Under the pieces are notes generated by a model. The model made no database searches. It was not told where the DNA came from and saw nothing but the letters and a program-made list of their open reading frames with translations. The position numbers and the translations under genes are program-made. From NCBI GenBank assembly GCA_041650935.1, contig JBAZKH010000001.1:347337-411336 (forward strand): DNA of 64,000 nucleotides. Direction: 5' to 3'. Origin of the DNA: Candidatus Omnitrophota bacterium. GTDB taxonomy: Bacteria > Omnitrophota > Gorgyraeia > 2-01-FULL-45-10. Below, one piece after another: positions 17,580 to 27,286 of this stretch (position 1 is the first letter of the stretch; the number at the start of each line of letters is the position of its first letter).

Positions 17580-19259
17580 ATGCAATATGGCGGAATCGAA
17601 AAGAACCTTGCTTCTATCATTGAGCGGTCTGTAGCCGAACTTTTCGCAGAACGCGGCCTCGCAACCCCCTTACCCTCCGAACTCAAAGCAGAGATAGAGA
17701 TCCCGAAAGAGAGAAGCCACGGCGACCTGTCCACGAATATAGCTATGCGCGGGGCAAGGTTTGCGCGCGTTTCGCCCATGGAATTGGCCGGCGCGGTCAA
17801 AATAAAGCTCGATAGCGCGTGCGGCGGGCCGGCAGGCGCGATAGAGCGCGTTGAGGTCAAACCGCCCGGTTTCATAAATTTTTTCCTTTCCAAAGATTTC
17901 CTGTGCAAGGTGCTCCTCCACATAAAACGCGAAAAACATAATTTTGGGCGTTCGAGCATCGGCCGCGGCGTAAAGACGCAGGTGGAATTTGTAAGCGCGA
18001 ACCCGACAGGGCCCCTTACGATAGCGCACGGCCGCCAGGCCGCTATCGGCGATGCGCTTGCCAACATACTTGAATTCTCCGGTTATAAGGTCACCAGGGA
18101 ATATTACCTGAACGACGAAGGCACCCAGATGAATATCCTGGGTAATTCCATAATGGCCCGCTACAGGGAGCTCCTGGGCGCCGCGCCGGCCTTCCCGCCG
18201 GACGGATACAAAGGCGCCTACGTAGTCGATATAGCCAAAGACTTTAAGAAGAAATACGGAAAAAAATATCTGGATACGGATGATATAAAACCTTTCAGGG
18301 AGTTCGGCCTGCGCTGGATACTGAACGATATAAAGAAGGACCTCAAGGATTTCGGCGTTAAGTTCGATGTCTGGTACAGCCAGAGAGGCCTAAGGAAATC
18401 CGGAAAGGTCGAGAAGGCCATAGCCGTTTTAAGAGAGCGGGGCTATATCTATGAGCAGGAGAATGCGGTCTGGTTCAAGTCGACCGCGTTCGGTGACGAT
18501 AAAGACAGGGTTGTGATAAAGTCCGACGGCAGTATGACATATCTGGCGCCGGATATAGCTTATCACCTGGAGAAGTACAGGAGAGGCTTCAAGAAGATTA
18601 CGGATATATGGGGCCCGGACCACCACGGTTACATCCCGCGGCTGAAGGCGGCCATCCAGGCGCTGGGGTTTGCCGAAGAGTCGATAACGGTGCTGATAGT
18701 GCAGTTGGCCACGCTTTATCGCGGAGGACAGGTGGTGTCGATGTCGACCAGGGCGGGCGAATTCGTCACCCTTCGCGAAGTGATGGACGAAATCGGCAAG
18801 GACGTCTCCAGGTTCGCGCTCTTCATGCGCCGTATCTCGAGCCATCTCGATTTCGACCTTGACCTCGTCAAGAAAGAATCTTCCGAAAATCCCGTATACT
18901 ATATCCAGTATGCCCACGCGCGGATATGGTCGATCCTGGAATACGGCAGGCGCGCTCACATAATTACGGCCAAATTTGACTCAAGGCTCCTGAAAGAAAC
19001 GGAGGAGCACGAGCTTCTAAGAACATTGCGTCAGTTCCCGCTTATCGTGAACCTGAGCGCCAAAGTGCAGGAGCCGTATATAATATTGCAGTATCTTCAG
19101 GACCTCGCGGCATCGTTCCACTCCTTCTACAATAAGCACAGAGTTGTCAGCGGCGATGTGAGCCTGACCAAGTCCCGGCTGGTGCTGGTCGATTGCGTCA
19201 GGATAGTGCTGGCTAACGGTTTGAAATTGCTGGGTGTTTCGCTTCCGCGAAAAATGTAG
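17580..19259 (+). CDS. argS: Arginine--tRNA ligase
   Basis: MQYGGIEKNLASIIE... class I ArgRS, DALR anticodon-binding C-terminus. Start 1 nt after the rsfS stop. Confidence 0.9.
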   Translation: MQYGGIEKNLASIIERSVAELFAERGLATPLPSELKAEIEIPKERSHGDLSTNIAMRGARFARVSPMELAGAVKIKLDSACGGPAGAIERVEVKPPGFINFFLSKDFLCKVLLHIKREKHNFGRSSIGRGVKTQVEFVSANPTGPLTIAHGRQAAIGDALANILEFSGYKVTREYYLNDEGTQMNILGNSIMARYRELLGAAPAFPPDGYKGAYVVDIAKDFKKKYGKKYLDTDDIKPFREFGLRWILNDIKKDLKDFGVKFDVWYSQRGLRKSGKVEKAIAVLRERGYIYEQENAVWFKSTAFGDDKDRVVIKSDGSMTYLAPDIAYHLEKYRRGFKKITDIWGPDHHGYIPRLKAAIQALGFAEESITVLIVQLATLYRGGQVVSMSTRAGEFVTLREVMDEIGKDVSRFALFMRRISSHLDFDLDLVKKESSENPVYYIQYAHARIWSILEYGRRAHIITAKFDSRLLKETEEHELLRTLRQFPLIVNLSAKVQEPYIILQYLQDLAASFHSFYNKHRVVSGDVSLTKSRLVLVDCVRIVLANGLKLLGVSLPRKM

Positions 19260-19272
19260 TATCGCATAATTT

Positions 19273-21165
19273 ATGTTCGAATCGATCAAGATCTACCCGG
19301 GCGAAGAGATCGATGTCGAAAAGCTCTCGCTCGACCTGGTCAATTACGGTTACCACGCCTGTAAGCGCGTCTCCGAAGAGGGCGATTTTGCCCGCGTCGG
19401 AGATACGGTCACAATCTATCCGGTTACGTTCGAATACCCCCTCAGAATAGAGCTTCTCCATAATCGTGTCGAAAGGATAAGAAGCGTCGACCCGATCACG
19501 TACGAAAGCATCCAGGACCATACGGTTGCGATAATACTGCCGATAAGCGGACTCGTCAAACGCAGGATACGCCGCAAAGAGCTCGGTCTGGCCGTGGAAT
19601 CGCCCATAGATAACTTTGTCGATATAGAACCAGGCGATTATGTTGTCCACGTCGACCATGGCATAGGTACTTACCTCGGCATCGAGAAGGTGAAGATCGA
19701 CAAGAAATATGTCGATCACCTGGCGGTCGAATATGCCGGCGGCGAGAGGCTCTACCTGCCGTTTGACGACCTCGACAAACTCCATAAGTACCTCGGATTC
19801 GAAAAGAAACTGCCCAGGCTTTCCAGGCTCGGCTCGAAACTCTGGCGGAGCGCCAAGGAGCGCGCCAGGAAGGGCGTCTATAAGGTTGCCGTCGAGCTTT
19901 TGGAGATACAGGCAAAACGTTCCGCCGCCGCAGGCCATAAATTCTCCGGCGATACGGAATGGCAGAGAGAGCTCGAGGAGGACTTTCCGTATAAAGAGAC
20001 AGCCGACCAGGTTAAAGCGTCCGCCGAGGTCAAGGGCGACATGGAGAGTTCCCATCCGATGGACAGGCTCCTCTGCGGCGACGTCGGTTACGGCAAGACG
20101 GAAGTCGCCCTGAGGGCCGCCTTCAAGGCGGTTATGGGCAATAAACAGGTTGCTATTCTCGTCCCGACGACTATACTCGCGGAACAGCATTTCAATACCT
20201 TCACGACCAGGATGAAGCGTTTCCCGGCGCGGGTCGAGATGCTTTCGCGCTTCCGCACGGATGAGGAGCAGTCCTCGATCATAAAGGGGATAGCCGCCGG
20301 CTCGGTCGATATCATAATTGGCACCCACCGCCTGATATCCGGCGATATAAAATTCAGGGACCTGGGTCTCGTCATAATCGACGAGGAACAGCGCTTCGGC
20401 GTACGGCATAAGGAGCACCTGAAACGGATGCGTTTTACCGTAGATGTCCTTACTCTTACCGCGACCCCGATCCCGAGAACGCTTTACCTGGCGCTCATGG
20501 GCGGCAGGGATATCTCCGTTATAAATACGCCGCCGTCCGAAAGGCTGCCGGTCGAGACTAAGGTTACGTATTACGACGAGGCTCTTATCCGCGACGCTAT
20601 CATAAAAGAAAAGCACCGCGGCGGCCAGATATTCTTCGTCCACAACAGGATCAAGGGTATAGGCAGGATAGCCCAGGCGCTTGCCGCGCTGGTGCCGGAG
20701 ATCTCTATAGCGGTGGGCCACGGCAGGATGCCGGAGAAGGAGCTTGAAGAGACGATGATGAAATTTATCAAAGGCGAGATAGACTGCCTTGTCTCGACGA
20801 CAATAATAGAGTCCGGCATAGATATACCGAACGCCAACACTATAATAATAAACCGGGCGGATATGTTCGGTCTCTCGGAGCTCTACCAGCTTCGCGGCCG
20901 GGTGGGCCGGTTCACGCGTTCGGCGCACGCGTATCTGCTCATACCGAAGAATTTCGTATTGAATTCGGAGTCGCAAAAGAGGCTCGTGGCTATAAAGAAG
21001 TTCCAGGAACTCGGCTCGGGATTCAAGCTTGCTATGGAGGACCTGCAGATCCGCGGCGCGGGCAATCTTTTAGGTGTCGAGCAGCACGGTTTTATAAACG
21101 CGGTGGGTTTCGATCTCTACTGCCGTCTGCTTAAGACCGCGATAGACAATATGAAGAAACCGTAA
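19273..21165 (+). CDS. mfd: Transcription-repair coupling factor Mfd, truncated form (lacks N-terminal UvrB-homology D1a/most of D2 and C-terminal D7)
   Basis: D2 tail (GDFARVGDTVTIYPVTFEYPLRIELL). RNAP-interacting domain (GDYVVHVDHGIGTYLG). Helicase motifs (DVGYGKTEVALRAAF, DEEQRFGV, QLRGRVGR). Ends after GFDLYCRLL. Confidence 0.8.
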   Translation: MFESIKIYPGEEIDVEKLSLDLVNYGYHACKRVSEEGDFARVGDTVTIYPVTFEYPLRIELLHNRVERIRSVDPITYESIQDHTVAIILPISGLVKRRIRRKELGLAVESPIDNFVDIEPGDYVVHVDHGIGTYLGIEKVKIDKKYVDHLAVEYAGGERLYLPFDDLDKLHKYLGFEKKLPRLSRLGSKLWRSAKERARKGVYKVAVELLEIQAKRSAAAGHKFSGDTEWQRELEEDFPYKETADQVKASAEVKGDMESSHPMDRLLCGDVGYGKTEVALRAAFKAVMGNKQVAILVPTTILAEQHFNTFTTRMKRFPARVEMLSRFRTDEEQSSIIKGIAAGSVDIIIGTHRLISGDIKFRDLGLVIIDEEQRFGVRHKEHLKRMRFTVDVLTLTATPIPRTLYLALMGGRDISVINTPPSERLPVETKVTYYDEALIRDAIIKEKHRGGQIFFVHNRIKGIGRIAQALAALVPEISIAVGHGRMPEKELEETMMKFIKGEIDCLVSTTIIESGIDIPNANTIIINRADMFGLSELYQLRGRVGRFTRSAHAYLLIPKNFVLNSESQKRLVAIKKFQELGSGFKLAMEDLQIRGAGNLLGVEQHGFINAVGFDLYCRLLKTAIDNMKKP

Positions 21166-21174
21166 AATTGCTAT

Positions 21175-21205
21175 TTCCACCCCGGGGTGGAATGTGGAAA
21201 ATTTT
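21175..21205 (+). terminator. GC-rich perfect palindrome hairpin downstream of mfd (candidate terminator)
   Basis: TTCCACCCCGGGGTGGAA at 21175-21192 (18-nt perfect palindrome), followed by tgtggaaaatttt. Confidence 0.4.
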
Positions 21206-21270
21206 ACCCGAGCGCCCCTGTGAACTACAATGCCACGTCGCATTAGATTGATTCGAAAAATTTCTAAGCT

Positions 21271-21298
21271 TTGCATATATGAGAAAATATAGTATAAT
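21271..21298 (+). promoter_or_regulatory. Consensus sigma70 promoter (TTGCAT-N16-TATAAT) abutting the start codon; predicts a leaderless mRNA
   Basis: TTGCAT at 21271-76, TATAAT at 21293-98. Only 5 nt (taggc) before the ATG at 21304, and no RBS. Confidence 0.5.
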
Positions 21299-21303
21299 TA
21301 GGC

Positions 21304-21942
21304 ATGTTAAAAGATTTCGGGTACTATGCACACGTACGCAAGGACCTGGCCGGGCTCGTCCCGGAAGGGGTCTCGCGCGTTCTTGACGTGGGTTGCGGTA
21401 TCGGGAGTTTCGGCGCTTTTCTGAAGAGCCGTAGAGAGCGGCCCATCGAAGTCGTCGGCATCGAACTCGATGCGGACGCCGCCAGGCAAGCGGAAAAGAA
21501 CCTTGATAATGTTATCGTAGGAGATGCGGGGACGATCGAACTGCCTTTCGATAAAGGATATTTCGATTGTATAATATACGGCGACATCCTCGAACACCTG
21601 GCGGACCCGTGGGCGGTTTTGGCGGGGCATAAGGAATTCTTAAGACCGGGAGGCTGGATCGTGGCGAGCATACCGAATATCGCGCATTACAAGACGCGCC
21701 GTATGCTTCGCAGGGGCGAGTGGAATTACGAAGATGCCGGGATACTCGACAGGAGCCATCTCCGGTTCTTTACGATAAAAAGCATAAAGCAGATGTTTAA
21801 AGACGCGGGTTTTAAAATAATAGCCATCGACCATGCGATACGCGCCTCAAAGTTCAGGCGGGGAATAAACAAAATCTTTAAAAATTGTATTATCGATTCT
21901 ATCGCGGAGCAGTATCTGGTTACCGCTCAAAGGAACGATTGA
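21304..21942 (+). CDS. Class I SAM-dependent methyltransferase
   Basis: VLDVGCGIGSF (motif I), IIYGDILEHL, LRPGGWIV motifs. Confidence 0.7.
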   Translation: MLKDFGYYAHVRKDLAGLVPEGVSRVLDVGCGIGSFGAFLKSRRERPIEVVGIELDADAARQAEKNLDNVIVGDAGTIELPFDKGYFDCIIYGDILEHLADPWAVLAGHKEFLRPGGWIVASIPNIAHYKTRRMLRRGEWNYEDAGILDRSHLRFFTIKSIKQMFKDAGFKIIAIDHAIRASKFRRGINKIFKNCIIDSIAEQYLVTAQRND

Positions 21943-21944
21943 AT

Positions 21945-22808
21945 ATGAAGAGAATAATGCCGGCAATTATAGCCGTTACGGTCATATCGGGCGTCATTGC
22001 CTGTGGATGCGCCAAAAAAGAGGCGGCGGGCAATGAAGTGCTTGCGCGGGTGAGCAGTACCGTCATTACCGAAAAGGACCTGAAAGCGCGGATAACGAAA
22101 ATGCCCGCTTATTACCAGAATATAGTCTCGAAAAACCCCAAACGATATGTCGAGGACATTATTGTCGAAACGCTTTGTTATGAAGAAGGCGTCAGGAGAG
22201 GCATCGACAGGGATAAAGAAGTAAAAGAACTGGTAAATGAGGCGCGGAAGAAGATAGTCATGGCTAAGCTTGTGAAGAACGATGTCGAGGATAAGATAGC
22301 CGTTACGGAAGACGAGATGAAAAAGTTCTACGATGAGCACAAGGATGAGTTCAAGACGCCTGCAATGTGGAGGGCTTCCCACATACTGGTTTCGGATGAA
22401 AAAGAGGCATGGTCGCTTTTAGACGAGCTTGCCAAGGGCGCGAAATTCGATGAGCTTGCCCGGACGCATTCTATCGATGCGACCGCGAGCCGCGGAGGCG
22501 ACGTGGGGTTCTTCAGGTCGGCCCAGCTCGTTCCGGATTTCGAGAACGCATGCCTTAAACTGGAAGTCGGGCAGACCAGCGGTATAGTCCGGACGCAGTT
22601 TGGATACCACATTATAAGGCTGACGGATAAGAAAGATCCCGGCGTAAAGCCTTACCCGGATGCGCGGCGCGCCATAGAAGCGGAACTGAAGAAGGTTAAG
22701 CATGCTGAACTCTTTGACGCGCTCGTTATGAAATTGAAGGCCAAGTATGGCGTTGAGGTGAACGAAAAGTTCTTTGAGCGGCAGGAAAAGGCGGCTACCC
22801 CGAAATGA
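21945..22808 (+). CDS. Parvulin-type peptidyl-prolyl isomerase lipoprotein (PrsA/SurA-like)
   Basis: Lipobox ...VIAC. Rotamase domain (WRASHILV...GGDVGFF...GYHIIRL). Confidence 0.7.
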   Translation: MKRIMPAIIAVTVISGVIACGCAKKEAAGNEVLARVSSTVITEKDLKARITKMPAYYQNIVSKNPKRYVEDIIVETLCYEEGVRRGIDRDKEVKELVNEARKKIVMAKLVKNDVEDKIAVTEDEMKKFYDEHKDEFKTPAMWRASHILVSDEKEAWSLLDELAKGAKFDELARTHSIDATASRGGDVGFFRSAQLVPDFENACLKLEVGQTSGIVRTQFGYHIIRLTDKKDPGVKPYPDARRAIEAELKKVKHAELFDALVMKLKAKYGVEVNEKFFERQEKAATPK

Positions 22809-23749
22809 AAAAAGCGATTCTATCTATTATTATGCTGGCATGTATGGCCGGATTCTCCCGGGCCGAGGTTATCGATAAGGTCGCGATAGTCGTTAACGAT
22901 GAGATAATAACGGACCGCGAGATAGCAAGACAGCTTGCGCCTGTATATGAGAAGTATAAGACGTTATATAGCGGCCAGAAACTTGTCGAACACCTTGAAG
23001 AGGCCAGGCAGAGGATAGCCCAGCAGATGATCGAGGATAAGCTTTTGTACAGTGAGGCCAAGAAGCAGAACATCCAGGTGGACGAGAAAGACGTCGATAT
23101 GAAGGTGCAGGATGTCGTTAAGAGCGCGGGTTCCAGGACAAATTTCGATCGCGCGCTTGTGGAGCAGCAGCTGACGTTAAAGGATCTCAAGGACCGGTAT
23201 CGCCAGCAGCTTATGCTGCGCAGGGTCATCGACAGGAAAGTCGGCGGCGTTATTATGGTTACGCCGGTCGAGATAGAGGCTTATTATAATAAAAATACGG
23301 AGCAATTCCAGCAGCCGGAGAGAGTGAAGCTGAAGAATATACTGATAAGTCTCAGGAGATACCCGGATCCGGCGCGTGCGCTCAAGCTTGCCAAAGATGT
23401 TTTGAAACGCTTGCGCGAGGGATGCGATTTCGACGGGCTCGCGAAACTTTATTCCGACGGCCCCGGCGCGGCCGAAGGAGGCGCTATGGGATACGTAAAG
23501 CGCGGGGACCTTATGCCGGAGATCGAAAAAGCGATATTTGTCCTCTCACCCGGAGAGACGACCGATATCATCCAGACGAGCCTCGGCTATCATATATTCA
23601 AAGTAGAGGAGAAAGAAGCCGCCAAGTCCCTTCCCTTATCGGAGGTCCGGCAAGAGGTGGAGATGGCCGTCTATAAATCTAAAGCGGATACGAAGATAAA
23701 GGGATGGATTGAGAATCTCAAAAAGAATGCGTACATTGCGTTCAAATAG
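22805..23749 (+). CDS. surA: Periplasmic chaperone/PPIase SurA
   Basis: Signal peptide. SurA N-terminal domain. One parvulin domain (GYHIFKV). Synteny with pdxA-rsmA. Confidence 0.7.
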   Translation: MKKAILSIIMLACMAGFSRAEVIDKVAIVVNDEIITDREIARQLAPVYEKYKTLYSGQKLVEHLEEARQRIAQQMIEDKLLYSEAKKQNIQVDEKDVDMKVQDVVKSAGSRTNFDRALVEQQLTLKDLKDRYRQQLMLRRVIDRKVGGVIMVTPVEIEAYYNKNTEQFQQPERVKLKNILISLRRYPDPARALKLAKDVLKRLREGCDFDGLAKLYSDGPGAAEGGAMGYVKRGDLMPEIEKAIFVLSPGETTDIIQTSLGYHIFKVEEKEAAKSLPLSEVRQEVEMAVYKSKADTKIKGWIENLKKNAYIAFK

Positions 23750-24602
23750 GGCGCGCATCGCGATAACGATGGGTGACCCTTCCGGCATAGGGCCGGAAGT
23801 TGTGTTAAAAACGCTGGCAAGCCCGAAGGTAAGGGGGCTTGCCGATTTTTTAGTTATAGGGGAGACCTCATCGACCGCCTCGCGGCTGGGCGCAGGACGG
23901 GCCGCGCTGGAGTATGTCGATAAAGCGCTGGAACTTATAAGGGACGGCCAGGCCGATGCGCTAGTGACCGCGCCTGTTAATAAGGCGTCGATAAGGCAGG
24001 CGGGTTTCCCGGGCTTCCAGGGCCACACGGAATATATGGCCGCTAAATTTGCCGTCAAGGATTTCGCCATGATGTTCGTCGGGGAAAAATTGAAGGTCAT
24101 TCCCGTTACGCGCCATGTGCCGCTAAAAAGCGTCTCCGCCATCCTGACGCCCGGCTTGATTTATCGGACCATAGCGCTTACCCGAAAATCACTCAAGGAA
24201 TATTTCCGCATAAAGGCTCCGCGGATAGCCGTTTGCGGGCTCAATCCTCACGCCGGCGAAATGGGCGCGTTTGGAGACGAGGAACGGCGCAAAATCGGTC
24301 CTGCGGTAAAGAAGGCATCGGCATTCGGCCATATTTACGGGCCTTTGCCGGCGGACGCGGTATTTTACGATGCGCTGAACGGCCGCTACGATGCGGTGGT
24401 GACGATGTACCACGACCAGGGGCTCGCCCCGTTCAAGATGCTCTACTTCGACAGCGGCGTCAACCTTACCCTCGGACTGCCGTTTATCAGGACCTCTCCC
24501 GATCATGGCACGGCCTTTGATATTGCCGGTAAAGGCATCGCCGATCCGGGCTCGATGATCGAGGCCGTCAGACTGGCGTGCAGGCTGGTGAGCCGCGGCT
24601 AA
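23709..24602 (+). CDS. pdxA: 4-hydroxythreonine-4-phosphate dehydrogenase
   Basis: RIAITMGDPSGIGPEV signature. Start uncertain (ATG at 23709, 23727 or 23769). Overlaps the surA end. Confidence 0.85.
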   Translation: MRISKRMRTLRSNRARIAITMGDPSGIGPEVVLKTLASPKVRGLADFLVIGETSSTASRLGAGRAALEYVDKALELIRDGQADALVTAPVNKASIRQAGFPGFQGHTEYMAAKFAVKDFAMMFVGEKLKVIPVTRHVPLKSVSAILTPGLIYRTIALTRKSLKEYFRIKAPRIAVCGLNPHAGEMGAFGDEERRKIGPAVKKASAFGHIYGPLPADAVFYDALNGRYDAVVTMYHDQGLAPFKMLYFDSGVNLTLGLPFIRTSPDHGTAFDIAGKGIADPGSMIEAVRLACRLVSRG

Positions 24603-24623
24603 GGAACAGTCACTTTTTAAAAT

Positions 24624-25493
24624 ATGCTGACCAAGACTCAACTTAAAGAGATCTTCGCCCGGTACGGTTTCGCTCCGTTGAAGAAGCTGGGGGAGAATTA
24701 TCTTATCGATGGTAACATACGCGGCAAAATACTCTCCGCCGCCGCAGTTTCGAAGGACGATCTCGTCCTTGAAATAGGTCCGGGGCTTGGAGCATTGACG
24801 ATCGATCTTGCCGAAACAGGCGCCAGGGTTATTGCCGTCGAAAAAGATAAACTGGCCTGCAAGGTACTTAAGGAGCTTGCAGGCCATAGCTTCCCGAATC
24901 TCGAGATCATCAATGGTGACATATTGAAATTTACGCCGGACGCGGCAGGGCGCGGGAGGCGGATGAAGGTTGTCGGCAACCTCCCGTATTATATTACCAG
25001 CCCGGTCATAGAGTATATTTTACAGAACAGGCGGGTGATAGAGTCCGCGGTGATAATGGTCCAGAAGGAGGTTGCTTTACGTCTCCTCGCCGGACCCGGT
25101 TCGGATGATTACGGCTCGCTGAGCTGTTTTGTGCAGTATTATGCGCACCCGGAGTATGTCTATACGGTGAAGCGTACCTGCTTCTATCCGGCGCCCGAGG
25201 TCGATTCGGCCATAGTGAAGCTCGGGCTTTTCGACAGGGCGCAGGTGCAGGTTAAGGACGAGAGCCTCTTCTTCAAGGTGGTGCGCGGCGCGTTTAACCA
25301 GAGGCGAAAGACGATCCTGAACTCATTATCGCGCGCGGCGGTGCTCGATCTGCCCAAAGCGGAAGTCGAAGCGCTTCTCCAGACTGCCGGCATCGATCCG
25401 GCGTCGCGGCCGGAGAGGTTGAATATATTCGACTTTGCGCGGATAAGTAATGCCGTCGCGATTCGCAAAATTGACAAAGCCGGTATAGTATGA
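24624..25493 (+). CDS. rsmA: 16S rRNA (adenine1518/1519-N6)-dimethyltransferase RsmA/KsgA
   Basis: GQNFLIDGNI-like NYLIDGNI. VLEIGPGLGALT motif I. Confidence 0.9.
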   Translation: MLTKTQLKEIFARYGFAPLKKLGENYLIDGNIRGKILSAAAVSKDDLVLEIGPGLGALTIDLAETGARVIAVEKDKLACKVLKELAGHSFPNLEIINGDILKFTPDAAGRGRRMKVVGNLPYYITSPVIEYILQNRRVIESAVIMVQKEVALRLLAGPGSDDYGSLSCFVQYYAHPEYVYTVKRTCFYPAPEVDSAIVKLGLFDRAQVQVKDESLFFKVVRGAFNQRRKTILNSLSRAAVLDLPKAEVEALLQTAGIDPASRPERLNIFDFARISNAVAIRKIDKAGIV

Positions 25494-25518
25494 TAATTTA
25501 TAATAAAAAGGTGAACGC

Positions 25519-25815
25519 ATGAAAACGATCGATAAGAAGACGGTGGAAAAAGTTGCTCATCTTGCGAGGATCGAGCTGGACCATAAAGAGCTTGAGCTTT
25601 ACAGCGGGCAATTAGGCGCTATCATATCGTATATATGCAAATTAAACGAATTAGATACGGCTGATGTAGTCCCCACGACACACGTCCTGGCGACGCTTAA
25701 GAACGTCTTCAGGAAGGACGTCCTGAAAAGCTCCATCACCCCGGACGAGGCTCTCGGAAACGCTCCCGCGAGAGAGGGCGATTTCTTCAAAGTTCCACAG
25801 ATTATAGAATCCTGA
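25519..25815 (+). CDS. gatC: Glu-tRNA(Gln)/Asp-tRNA(Asn) amidotransferase subunit C
   Basis: 98 aa. VAHLARIELD... GatC pattern. Precedes gatA. Confidence 0.85.
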   Translation: MKTIDKKTVEKVAHLARIELDHKELELYSGQLGAIISYICKLNELDTADVVPTTHVLATLKNVFRKDVLKSSITPDEALGNAPAREGDFFKVPQIIES

Positions 25816-25843
25816 GCGCAGTGGCGGGATAGAAGGCAGGTAG

Positions 25844-27286
25844 ATGGAAAAATTATATTCGTTTACGGCTCACAGGCTTAAAGAGTTGATGGCGAAGGGT
25901 GAAGTTTTGCCTTCGGCGGTCCTCGACCAGTTATTCGCCAGAGTGGAGAAGCTGGACCCCGGGATAAGGGCCTTCGTCCTTTCCAATAAAGAGAAAGCGA
26001 AGGCCGCCGCGGACAATCCTGCTTCTAAAAGAGGAAAGCTTGCGGGCATACCGGTTCTCTTAAAGGACAATATTTGCGTGAAAGGGGAAGCGACGACGTG
26101 CGCTTCCAGGATATTGGCCGGGTTTAAACCGCCGTATGACGCGACGGTGGCAAAACGGCTGAAGGCCGAGGGCGCCATCCTTATCGGCAAGGCGAATATG
26201 GACGAATTCGCGTTCGGCTCGTCCTGCGAGACGTCGTGCTATGGCCCGACTAGAAATCCGTGGGACACCACGTGTATCCCGGGCGGCTCCAGCGGCGGCT
26301 CGGCGGCGGCAGTGGCGGCGGACGAAACGATAATGGCGCTGGGTTCGGACACGGGCGGCTCGATACGTCAGCCGGCCGCGCTCTGCGGGGTGGTGGGGAT
26401 GAAGCCGACTTACGGCAGGGTCTCGCGATACGGCCTGATAGCGTTTGCCTCGTCTTTAGACCAGATAGGCCCGATCACCAAGGATGTCGAGGACGCGGCG
26501 CTGCTTTTGAGCGTCATAGCCGGATACGACGAGATGGATTCGACATCCGTCGACCTGCCTGTTCCCGACTATTCGAAATCGCTCGCCAGGGACGTCAAAG
26601 GTATGCGCATCGGGGTGCCTAAAGAGTATTTTATAGAGGGTATCGACAAAGAGGTCGATAATAGCGTAAGGGCGGCGATCGAAAAATTCAAATCGCTGGG
26701 CGCGGCGGTAAAAGAGATCACCCTGCCGCATACGGAATATGCTGTCAGCGCCTATTACATAGTAGCTCCCGCGGAGGCGAGCTCTAACCTGGCCAGGTTC
26801 GACGGCGTCCAGTACGGCTTGAGGGCGCTCACCGAAGATATGATCGACATGTATATAAAGACGCGGTCGCAGGGATTCGGCAACGAGGCAAAGCGAAGGA
26901 TACTTCTCGGCACTTACTGTCTTTCGACGGGATATTATGACGCATACTATATCAAGGCCCAGAAAGTCAGGACAAAGATACGGGCGGATTTCGACAGGGC
27001 GTTTTCCGAATTCGATTGCATAATAACTCCGACTTCGCCGACACCCGCCTTTAAGATCGGAGCCAGAGCGGGCGATCCGCTTGCCATGTACCTGTCGGAT
27101 GTCTATACGATACCGGCTAATCTGGCGGGGCTGCCGGCTATCTCCATTCCGTGCGGGTTCTCCGGAAGCGGGCTCCCGATAGGGATGCAGATACTCGCGA
27201 AGCCTTTTGCGGAAGAGACTATATTCCGCGCGGCGTATACATTCGAGCAGGCTACCGATTTTCACAAAAGAAAACCCAACCTATGA
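25844..27286 (+). CDS. gatA: Glu-tRNA(Gln) amidotransferase subunit A
   Basis: Amidase signature [13 protein letters not shown]. Confidence 0.9.
   Translation: MEKLYSFTAHRLKELMAKGEVLPSAVLDQLFARVEKLDPGIRAFVLSNKEKAKAAADNPASKRGKLAGIPVLLKDNICVKGEATTCASRILAGFKPPYDATVAKRLKAEGAILIGKANMDEFAFGSSCETSCYGPTRNPWDTTCIPGGSSGGSAAAVAADETIMALGSDTGGSIRQPAALCGVVGMKPTYGRVSRYGLIAFASSLDQIGPITKDVEDAALLLSVIAGYDEMDSTSVDLPVPDYSKSLARDVKGMRIGVPKEYFIEGIDKEVDNSVRAAIEKFKSLGAAVKEITLPHTEYAVSAYYIVAPAEASSNLARFDGVQYGLRALTEDMIDMYIKTRSQGFGNEAKRRILLGTYCLSTGYYDAYYIKAQKVRTKIRADFDRAFSEFDCIITPTSPTPAFKIGARAGDPLAMYLSDVYTIPANLAGLPAISIPCGFSGSGLPIGMQILAKPFAEETIFRAAYTFEQATDFHKRKPNL

Noticed and set aside
19213-20976. 587-aa minus-strand ORF
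   Set aside because: Entirely antisense to mfd, whose motifs are unambiguous on the + strand. Arg/Pro/Gly-rich nonsense translation is typical of an open antisense frame in GC-rich coding DNA.
24189-24887. 232-aa minus-strand ORF
   Set aside because: Antisense to pdxA/rsmA. No motifs and no RBS.
26456-27265. 269-aa minus-strand ORF
   Set aside because: Antisense to gatA.
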